Source: an archaeon (GTDB lineage Archaea > Iainarchaeota > Iainarchaeia > Iainarchaeales > CSSED10-239). Taken from it: a stretch of 5,508 nucleotides of DNA. Of the stretch, positions 1-5,340 are shown piece by piece. Positions within the stretch are counted from its first letter, which is position 1. Each line of letters opens with the position of its first letter. The translations under genes were made by a program, and so were the position numbers. The stretch is from positions 1 through 5,508 of the forward strand of contig JBAWVI010000063.1 in NCBI GenBank assembly GCA_037147375.1, read 5' to 3'. Below the pieces are notes generated by a model, which saw only the letters and a program-made list of their open reading frames with translations, was not told the DNA's origin and ran no database searches.

Positions 1-470
1 AGTGCTTTTATTCTTTCTTCTATTTTTTTTGCTTTTTCTTCTCTGCTTGCGCCTTTGTAGAAATTCAGCTCTGTTTCTAAGTTATATACAGGAAGTTTAT
101 ACCCTTTAAAATCAATATATTCTCTTGTAATTGTTTTACTTCCTTTTTCCCATTTCTTTGTTTTTAAATTATAATATTCGCAATTACCTAAAATTTCTAC
201 ACTTGTGTCTTCTATTTTTAAAAGTCCATAATACGATCTAAATTTATCATTAGATGTGAATTTTACTTTTTTGATTATATATTGCTTGAGAACAGATTCT
301 ATCTCATAAGCTCCTTTCTTGTTGGTTGCAATATCAATATCATGTGCTATAACATCTACTCCTTGTAAAGCTAAGTTTGTGCTTCCTCCAAGAACCCATT
401 TAATAGTTGTATTATTAAGTTTATCTAAGATGATTTTTAAAGCTTTTACTTGAGAGTTATTTAGTTTCAT
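1..470 (-). CDS. Nucleotidyltransferase (Pol-beta superfamily, small Lnu(A)/ANT(2'')-like); N-terminal ~156 aa, 3' end runs off the window
   Basis: Not in the supplied ORF track because it is open at the window edge. Manual translation of the minus strand from ATG 470..468 gives MKLNNSQVKALKIILDKLNNTTIKWVLGGSTNLALQGVDVIAHDIDIATNKKGAYEIESVLKQYIIKKVKFTSNDKFRSYYGLLKIEDTSVEILGNCEYYNLKTKKWEKGSKTITREYIDFKGYKLPVYNLETELNFYKGASREEKAKKIEERIKAL..., with no stop down to base 1. GGS-x13-DIDI is the Pol-beta nucleotidyltransferase G[GS]...DxD signature. The overall layout (W-x-LGG, hDIDI, later K-L-P-V-Y-x-x-E segment) recalls the ~160-aa Lnu(A)/ANT(2'') type. An in-frame stop at 489-491 bounds the start. 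It begins 14 nt after the stop of the 485-1243 gene, so the two are probably co-transcribed. Confidence 0.6.
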   Translation of the reverse strand, partial: MKLNNSQVKALKIILDKLNNTTIKWVLGGSTNLALQGVDVIAHDIDIATNKKGAYEIESVLKQYIIKKVKFTSNDKFRSYYGLLKIEDTSVEILGNCEYYNLKTKKWEKGSKTITREYIDFKGYKLPVYNLETELNFYKGASREEKAKKIEERIKA

Positions 471-484
471 ATTTTTAATCAGTT

Positions 485-1243
485 TTATTCAATTCTATCT
501 ATCTGTATATATGCATAATTTCCTTGTGAGTTTGTACCGGATGTTCCTTTTATTTCTTTTATTATAAATTTTAAGCTTGTTTTATTTGCTTTGTTATATG
601 AGTTTATCATTCTTCCAGTAACATCTAATATTTCTTTTAATGGTTTATTAAATTGTAAATCAATATATGCTCTTCCTTTTTTTGCAAGCAATAATGATGA
701 CTGAAATAGTGCATATGATTTTGATGTTCCATATACTCCAACAGATCTTTCTCCCATAACAAGATGATATTTACCAATTATTGCTTTAGATAATTTTGGG
801 TGTTCAATTGGATTTATGTGCTCAAATGGAATTGCTTTTGAAATATGTGGAGAATAATCATTTCTTATATCTTTACTTGCAAATAATTCACTTTCTACTG
901 TTTTACTAAACTCAAGTGTATCCATATGTGCATCTACTCCAAATTCATGAAGCTCTCTTTTAAACAAAGCACTATCATACCCTTCTCCAGGACCAAGTAT
1001 CATGATTTGCGGTTCTTTAACTTTAAGTTTTTCTAATAAAAAGTTTAAAGGTCTATCATTTAGGTATTCCTTATATATTTTTCTATATCTATGAAATCCA
1101 CCATTACAGCCATCCCATCCTTCATATCCTCTTTCTTTTGTTCTTCCTAATATTTGATTTATAGGTCTTCTGTTTTTGGTTGGGTTTTTTTTTATAAGTT
1201 CAATTGCTCTTGAAATTGTTAAATGTTTTGGTTTAATTGGCAT
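485..1243 (-). CDS. Hypothetical protein, Rossmann-like alpha/beta fold, possibly a class I SAM-dependent methyltransferase-like protein
   Basis: 252-aa ORF with ATG at 1243..1241 and TAA stop at 487..485. I cannot name a family with certainty. Four segments resemble class I methyltransferase motifs. QIMILGPGEG (G84-P-G-E-G88) resembles motif I. An acidic residue follows about 20 aa later (VDAHMD), as in post-I. KYHLVMGERSV and LLLAKKGRAYIDL resemble the later motifs, the last one like the L-x-P-G-G-x-h-h strand. The confidence value is for a real gene; the functional call alone is about 0.3. Confidence 0.6.
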   Translation of the reverse strand: MPIKPKHLTISRAIELIKKNPTKNRRPINQILGRTKERGYEGWDGCNGGFHRYRKIYKEYLNDRPLNFLLEKLKVKEPQIMILGPGEGYDSALFKRELHEFGVDAHMDTLEFSKTVESELFASKDIRNDYSPHISKAIPFEHINPIEHPKLSKAIIGKYHLVMGERSVGVYGTSKSYALFQSSLLLAKKGRAYIDLQFNKPLKEILDVTGRMINSYNKANKTSLKFIIKEIKGTSGTNSQGNYAYIQIDRIE

Positions 1244-1252
1244 AATATATCA

Positions 1253-1264
1253 CAAATATATTTG
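1253..1264. promoter_or_regulatory. Perfect 12-nt palindrome CAAATATATTTG in the divergent promoter region
   Basis: Self-complementary 12-mer in the 78-nt spacer between the divergent 1243(-) and 1322(+) starts. It is a possible operator, but it is AT-only at its core and so weakly informative. Confidence 0.25.
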
Positions 1265-1291
1265 AATAGATAGGATATTAAAGGTATCTTC

Positions 1292-1299
1292 TTAAATAA
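1292..1299 (+). promoter_or_regulatory. Candidate archaeal-type TATA box for the racemase gene (leaderless or near-leaderless transcript)
   Basis: TTAAATAA at -30..-23 relative to ATG 1322. There is no convincing SD between it and the start codon. In AT-rich DNA such matches occur by chance, hence the low confidence. Confidence 0.3.
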
Positions 1300-1321
1300 C
1301 TTTTGGGTATTATATAATATT

Positions 1322-2011
1322 ATGAAAACATTAGGAATAATTGGTGGACTTGGTCCAGAAACAACATCTGAATTCTATCTTAATATTGTTTTTTCTAGCT
1401 ATAAGCAGAATAAAGAGTTTAGACCAGGAATAATTATCTCAAGTGTACCTATGCCTTATAAAATTGAAGAAGAAGTAATCACAAAGAATGAAGGTTCTGA
1501 AAGATTAATTCCATTTTTAGTTACTGAAGCAAAAAGATTAGAAGCTGCAGGTGCAGATTTTCTAGTTATGCCTTGTAATTCTCTTCATGTTTTTATAAAT
1601 GAAATTAGAAATTCAGTTAATATTCCTGTTTTAAGTATTATTGAAGAAACAACCAAGTTTCTTAAGAAAAATAATTTTAATAAAGTTGGAGTTGTATCTA
1701 CTTCTGCAACTATTAAAAATAAATTGTATGAAAATGCATTTAAAGAAAATAATATAGCTTATGAAACCCCAAATGATTTCGAGCAAGCTAAAATGGGTAA
1801 GATAATATTGAATCTAATTAATGGTCAACAGAATAATGGTGATAGAGAAGAATTAATTAAGATAATTTCTGATTTTGAAAAAAAGAACGTTGATTGTGTA
1901 GTTCTTGCTTGTACTGATCTTCAGTTATTAATTCCAGAACATCCAACCTTAAAAATATTTGATACAATGAGAATATTTGCAGATATAACTGTGGAAGAGA
2001 TTTTAAAATAA
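1322..2011 (+). CDS. Aspartate racemase (Asp/Glu/hydantoin racemase family)
   Basis: 229 aa. The N-terminal MKTLGIIGGLGPETTSEFY matches the family signature (compare archaeal AspR MKTIGILGGMGPLAT). Both catalytic cysteine motifs are present at the expected spacing: ADFLVMPCNSLH (Cys85, codon 1574-1576) and VVLACTDL (Cys197, codon 1910-1912). The length is typical for the family. Confidence 0.85.
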   Translation: MKTLGIIGGLGPETTSEFYLNIVFSSYKQNKEFRPGIIISSVPMPYKIEEEVITKNEGSERLIPFLVTEAKRLEAAGADFLVMPCNSLHVFINEIRNSVNIPVLSIIEETTKFLKKNNFNKVGVVSTSATIKNKLYENAFKENNIAYETPNDFEQAKMGKIILNLINGQQNNGDREELIKIISDFEKKNVDCVVLACTDLQLLIPEHPTLKIFDTMRIFADITVEEILK

Positions 2012-2082
2012 GATTCGAAAATTTGGGAAGGAAGAAAAACAAGTATTTTTATAATTTTTGGAATTACACATTAGATATAAAA

Positions 2083-2087
2083 GGGAG
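2083..2087 (+). promoter_or_regulatory. Shine-Dalgarno site (GGGAG) for the 2095 CDS
   Basis: AAAGGGAGAATAGATATG: GGGAG sits 7 nt upstream of ATG 2095. A TATA-like TTTTTATAAT at 2046-2055 lies about 44 nt upstream of the ATG, which would give a short SD-containing leader. Confidence 0.5.
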
Positions 2088-2094
2088 AATAGAT

Positions 2095-3681
2095 ATGCCA
2101 ATAAGACCTTTTGAATCTAAATTGGAAGTTTTTAAAAGAATTGAGAAAGAAAGAAAATCAGGAAAAGAGGTTTTTAGCCGTAAGTCCATAAAAGAATTAA
2201 AACCTGAAGAACTTAGAAGATTGAAGGAAATAAAAACAGGAAGAGAAGCTTTCCTAAAAGAAATCGGATTGATCGGAAATCACAAAGATACACATCTTAA
2301 TCTTCGAAGATATGAGATATTTAAAAAAAGAACAGAAAATTATCAAAGAATAATACAAAAGTTAGAAGGAGAACAAAAAGTTCTAGTTGATAAACTATAC
2401 AAAGAAGCATACATCCAGTTACTTGCTTCAAGATATATAAGAAGTATAATTCCAAAAATTCAAAATCAAGCAATGAAAACAAGAATACAAATTGCACTTA
2501 TGTCATCTGATTTTGAACTTATATCTTCTGGAGAATGGAACGGTAGAAATCATAGATTTGAAAATACAACTAGATCAAAAGATAGTAAGCTCTTTATGGA
2601 GACGCATAAAAAATTGTATGATATGTTTTATAAAACTAAACCTGAGAAAGATTGGGGTAGGGGAACAAGAAGAGTTCCATTAGAAGATTTCAGAAGAGCT
2701 CATTTCCCTCAAGAATTATTAAATATTGTTTTTAAAAAACATCCATTTTTAAAAAATCCAGATTTTAATAACAAGAAGTATTTATCTAGCTTTGAAAAAG
2801 AAATAAATAAGCTTGCAAATGAAATACAAGAGATGAATAATAAGCTTGAAGATACAGATAAAACTTTTGAAAAACATAGAAGTAAGATTTCAGATGTAAT
2901 TAATGCATCTTGGAGATTAAAACCAATTATCTGGGATCCTAAACTTGATATTGCGTTCAAAAAAAGATATGGAATTACATTAAGGGAAGTGTATAGTAAA
3001 TTTATAACTAATCATGATAAACCAACAATTCCAATATCAATAATTGATAATGTTCTTGAGAAATGCCTTCATCAAAATACTCTTTTAGTATTCCCTCTTA
3101 GAGGGAGTTTATTCAATTATTATCTAACAAGAGGGGTTGTTGAAGAATTAAAGAGATTAGATATTGCAAAGAAAGAACTTAATGCAATAACCTTAACCGC
3201 AGATACCTTCAAACATTGGAATTCATTATATAACATGGAATCATACACTTATTCAAACACATATCATGATATTGTTGAAAAAGCACCTGATATTGTTAGT
3301 GGACAATTAAATAAGATATTTCCCAAACATCCAAATGTTTCAAGAGTTGTTTTTATAGATTGGATAAGTAGTGGGTTCCAAAGAGATTACACTTATTATT
3401 ATATGAGAAAATATTTTTATGATAGAAAGAAATCACCTCCAGATATGGATTCTGTAACAGTTACTGAAGAACAAAAATTAAAATTTGATAATAGAGAGAT
3501 TGAACCAGCAGATCTTGTATCTAAGAAAACTGATGAAGTAACTCATGGAACAAATGGATATATTAATCCACAAAACAGTAAATGGGTTCTGGAAAATAAA
3601 GAAAAAATAAGAGAAATATTAGAAGTTGCTGGAAGATTATTTGTTAGAGCTGAACTAATAAATAGAGGTAAATTAAAATAA
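2095..3681 (+). CDS. Hypothetical protein, 528 aa, Lys/Glu/Arg-rich orphan with no recognisable domain
   Basis: Long uninterrupted ORF ending at TAA 3679-3681. The ORF track starts it at 2023, but bases 2023-2025 are TTG, not ATG. ATG 2095-2097 is preceded by AAGGGAG (GGGAG at 2083-2087, 7-nt spacer), so 2095 is the likelier start, giving MPIRPFESKLEV.... I see no Walker A, HNH, CxxC or Rx4-6H motif, and there is a single Cys (C324). The N-terminal ~300 aa are highly charged and helical in character (for example KEINKLANEIQEMNNKLEDTDKTFEK). The C-terminal ~200 aa alternate hydrophobic strands and helices. Confidence 0.8.
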   Translation: MPIRPFESKLEVFKRIEKERKSGKEVFSRKSIKELKPEELRRLKEIKTGREAFLKEIGLIGNHKDTHLNLRRYEIFKKRTENYQRIIQKLEGEQKVLVDKLYKEAYIQLLASRYIRSIIPKIQNQAMKTRIQIALMSSDFELISSGEWNGRNHRFENTTRSKDSKLFMETHKKLYDMFYKTKPEKDWGRGTRRVPLEDFRRAHFPQELLNIVFKKHPFLKNPDFNNKKYLSSFEKEINKLANEIQEMNNKLEDTDKTFEKHRSKISDVINASWRLKPIIWDPKLDIAFKKRYGITLREVYSKFITNHDKPTIPISIIDNVLEKCLHQNTLLVFPLRGSLFNYYLTRGVVEELKRLDIAKKELNAITLTADTFKHWNSLYNMESYTYSNTYHDIVEKAPDIVSGQLNKIFPKHPNVSRVVFIDWISSGFQRDYTYYYMRKYFYDRKKSPPDMDSVTVTEEQKLKFDNREIEPADLVSKKTDEVTHGTNGYINPQNSKWVLENKEKIREILEVAGRLFVRAELINRGKLK

Positions 3682-3688
3682 AAAAAGA

Positions 3689-3709
3689 ATAAAGGAAAAA
3701 ATCCTTTAT
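3689..3709. terminator. Bidirectional hairpin terminator between convergent genes
   Basis: Perfect 8-bp inverted repeat ATAAAGGA (3689-3696) / TCCTTTAT (3702-3709) with a 5-nt AAAAA loop, inside the 30-nt spacer between stops at 3681 (+) and 3712 (-). Read on the minus strand, the hairpin is followed by TCTTTTTTT. Read on the plus strand, it is followed by ATATTT. Confidence 0.5.
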
Positions 3710-3711
3710 AT

Positions 3712-4191
3712 TTAGGATATTAAGAATGGAGCTGGTTCTTTCTTTTGACCATCTTTCATTTCATCAAAGCTTTTCTTCTTGTTTGCGTTCTCTGGACTAT
3801 ATGATAAATCTGCAACAATCTTAAATCTAATTGTTACTTCTCCATCAGCAGTTCCCATTAAAAGAATTCCAGAAACAGCATGTATTGGATCCTTTGCAAG
3901 TGAAACATTAACGTCTCCAAAGTAATCATTATTAACTTTATTAAACTCACCTGAAACTTGTTTAATCTTAATTCCTTCAGAATAAGTTCTTTGTCTTAAT
4001 ACTCCTGACTTAGATGTTGCAATTCTAGTATCTTTAAGCTTACCTTCAGCAGACACCAAAAGAGCTTTCTTTATACCTTGTTCCTTAAATGCATTTTCAA
4101 TGCACTTAATAACATCATCACCATCATCAAGAACAATAGTTAAGAAATTGTCATTCTTACCCATTATTTCAGCAACCCCACTTTTTAACAT
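3712..4191 (-). CDS. PPC (DUF296) domain protein with a Lys-rich C-terminal tail
   Basis: 159 aa. FLTIVLDDGDDVIKCIENAFKEQGIKKALLVSAEGKLKDTRI, then IKQVSGEFN, DVNVSLAK and AVSGILLMG follow the PPC/DUF296 pattern: h-L-x-x-G-x-D-h...h..FA...GI..A.h.SAhG.h..h.h, then E-h-h-S-h-S-G, then HhHhSh, then hhGGHh. The last ~30 aa (SPENANKKKSFDEMKDGQKKEPAPFLIS) look disordered and basic. The start is ATG 4191..4189, with AAGGGT 9 nt upstream on the minus strand; an alternative start is Met10 at 4164. Confidence 0.6.
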   Translation of the reverse strand: MLKSGVAEIMGKNDNFLTIVLDDGDDVIKCIENAFKEQGIKKALLVSAEGKLKDTRIATSKSGVLRQRTYSEGIKIKQVSGEFNKVNNDYFGDVNVSLAKDPIHAVSGILLMGTADGEVTIRFKIVADLSYSPENANKKKSFDEMKDGQKKEPAPFLIS

Positions 4192-4263
4192 ATTTGATCT
4201 ACCCTTTTATAGTTTTATTAAAATTAATTTACATATATAATATACCATAGAAACATATTTAAA

Positions 4264-5184
4264 TCATTTCAAAATTGGTTTTATGTTTTTATTTTCTATA
4301 GTTCTTTTAATAATTTCTTCTACTATCTTTGTAATTGGAATTAATTTTACTTTATCTGATTTTGGGAAAATATGAGTAATTGTGTATATTTGTTTAATTA
4401 TTGATTTTTCAATTAAAGTAATTGCTTCCTTTCTCATAATTCCATGTGTACATAACACAGATATATTCCTTGCTCCCTTAAATGTAAGATAATTAGAATA
4501 ATTAACTATGTTTTCACCAGTATTAACACTATCTGAAACAATTAATATTTCTTTTCCATTAACTTCTTCATATATTTCAAATTCAGGTTTGTTATTACTA
4601 AATTCTTTTACAGGAAATATTGTTTTTGCATTTACTTTCTTAGCAACATCACGAGCAGAATCTTGCATTTCATGATCAATACAAGTAACTATTAAGTTTT
4701 TATTATTTGAAAAATTATCTTCAAGAACCTTTCCAAAGATTGTAGATACTGGAATATTATATAAAGGTATTTTTGTATAATAGGTTATTTTTGGATTGTA
4801 CAATCCAAAAGTAAATATTTTATCAATTGATACTTCTTCAAAGAATCTAGTAATTAAAGAAAAATTAAGCTTATACTCAACATCTGTTCTTATCTTTGTA
4901 TAAGGTAAGTAAGAAGTTATTAAGTATATATAATGAGCTCCTTCTTTCTTGATTGCATCACAAATAAACATAAGTTGCATTAAAGATTCATTTGCTGGTT
5001 GAGTCATATTATAAATTAGAAAGATAATCTTGTTGCTTACATATGATTCTACATCAACACTTGTTTCTGTTCCCATAGCAAACTTAACAGTTATATCTCC
5101 TATAGGGATATCAAGTTTATCAGCTATGGTTTGAGCAGTTGGCTTATCCTTTTGTAAAGCTAAGATCATGTACTCATCATTCAT
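4264..5184 (-). CDS. Ribose-phosphate pyrophosphokinase (PRPP synthetase, Prs) family protein, divergent with degenerate active-site motifs
   Basis: 306 aa with clear collinear similarity to Prs. MILALQKDKPTAQTIADKL...KFAMGTETSV...IIFLIY...QPANESLMQLMFICDAIKKEGA compares with E. coli [20 protein letters not shown]...RFSDGEVSV...IFIIQS...[22 protein letters not shown]. Later, ILIVSDSVNTGEN compares with VLVDDMIDTGGT, and CTHGI with ATHPI. The stop is TGA (4266..4264). An alternative start at Met6 (5169) would match the canonical Prs N-terminus. Confidence 0.8.
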   Translation of the reverse strand: MNDEYMILALQKDKPTAQTIADKLDIPIGDITVKFAMGTETSVDVESYVSNKIIFLIYNMTQPANESLMQLMFICDAIKKEGAHYIYLITSYLPYTKIRTDVEYKLNFSLITRFFEEVSIDKIFTFGLYNPKITYYTKIPLYNIPVSTIFGKVLEDNFSNNKNLIVTCIDHEMQDSARDVAKKVNAKTIFPVKEFSNNKPEFEIYEEVNGKEILIVSDSVNTGENIVNYSNYLTFKGARNISVLCTHGIMRKEAITLIEKSIIKQIYTITHIFPKSDKVKLIPITKIVEEIIKRTIENKNIKPILK

Positions 5185-5210
5185 ATTAGTATATATTATG
5201 CTTAGGTTTT

Positions 5211-5218
5211 TAATATAT
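5211..5218 (-). promoter_or_regulatory. Candidate TATA box for the Prs-like gene
   Basis: The minus strand reads GAATATATTAAAA with ATATATTA at -34..-27 relative to ATG 5184. No SD follows it. Confidence 0.25.
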
Positions 5219-5260
5219 TCTTTATTCTGAGTTTTATCTTAAAAACCTAGTTTTTAGGGT

Positions 5261-5300
5261 TTTGTTCCTCTTTGTTCTCCTTTGTTTCGCTTTGTTTCAC
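5261..5300. repeat. Four contiguous 10-nt tandem repeats, consensus TTTGTTNNNC
   Basis: TTTGTTCCTC (5261-5270), TTTGTTCTCC (5271-5280), TTTGTTTCGC (5281-5290), TTTGTTTCAC (5291-5300). A weaker in-phase copy, TTTATTCTGA, lies at 5221-5230. Inverted matches lie at 5459-5468 (GAAAAACAAA, reverse complement TTTGTTTTTC) and 5492-5501 (GTGAAATGAA, 8/10 to the reverse complement of unit 4). Confidence 0.7.
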
Positions 5301-5305
5301 CTAAA

Positions 5306-5317
5306 GTATTTAAATAC
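5306..5317. promoter_or_regulatory. Perfect 12-nt palindrome GTATTTAAATAC containing a consensus archaeal TATA box (TTTAAATA)
   Basis: The 12-mer is self-complementary. TTTAAATA at 5309-5316 matches the archaeal TTTAWATA consensus. A start about 25 nt downstream on the plus strand would fall near G5339, the first base of the long-range stem. Confidence 0.3.
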
Positions 5318-5323
5318 AAAAAT

Positions 5324-5340
5324 GCATAAGGTAGTTATGC
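5324..5340 (-). terminator. Small hairpin GCATAA-GGTAG-TTATGC, followed by a T5 run when read on the minus strand
   Basis: 6-bp perfect inverted repeat with a 5-nt loop. Plus-strand A5 at 5318-5322 makes the minus-strand reading hairpin + A + TTTTT. It is unclear which transcript this would terminate. Confidence 0.3.

Noticed and set aside
845-865. R127-N-D-Y-S-P-H133 in the 252-aa protein matches the HEPN RNase Rx4-6H pattern (with Asn after Arg). Because this gene sits next to an MNT-like nucleotidyltransferase, it hints at a HEPN-MNT toxin-antitoxin pair.
   Set aside because: The protein is about twice the size of typical HEPN toxins. It shows a GxGxG alpha/beta (Rossmann-like) pattern rather than an all-helical one. 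The motif contains a Pro, and a short R...H string is expected by chance. The NTase also looks more Lnu/ANT-like than minimal-MNT-like.
1857-2042. 61-aa minus-strand ORF.
   Set aside because: It is antisense to the 3' end of the well-supported racemase gene. It is a low-complexity F/L/Q-rich product with no start context, which is a typical shadow ORF in AT-rich DNA.
2023-2094. N-terminal extension of the large ORF as given in the ORF track (MGRKKNKYFYNFWNYTLDIKGRID...).
   Set aside because: The codon at 2023-2025 is TTG, not ATG, and has no SD. It lies only 12 nt after the racemase stop. ATG 2095 has a well-spaced GGGAG. The extension also covers the T-runs and TATA-like sequence at 2046-2059, which look like intergenic signals.
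2492-2683. 63-aa plus-strand ORF.
   Set aside because: It lies entirely inside the 528-aa CDS in another frame, with no RBS and no recognisable motif.
2709-2960. 83-aa minus-strand ORF.
   Set aside because: It is antisense to the Lys/Glu-rich part of the 528-aa CDS. Its F/L/S-rich sequence is the expected mirror of AAR/GAR codons rather than evidence of a membrane peptide.
5261-5300. CRISPR-like array.
   Set aside because: The units are only 10 nt and directly abut with no spacers, and no cas genes are present. This is a tandem repeat, not a CRISPR.
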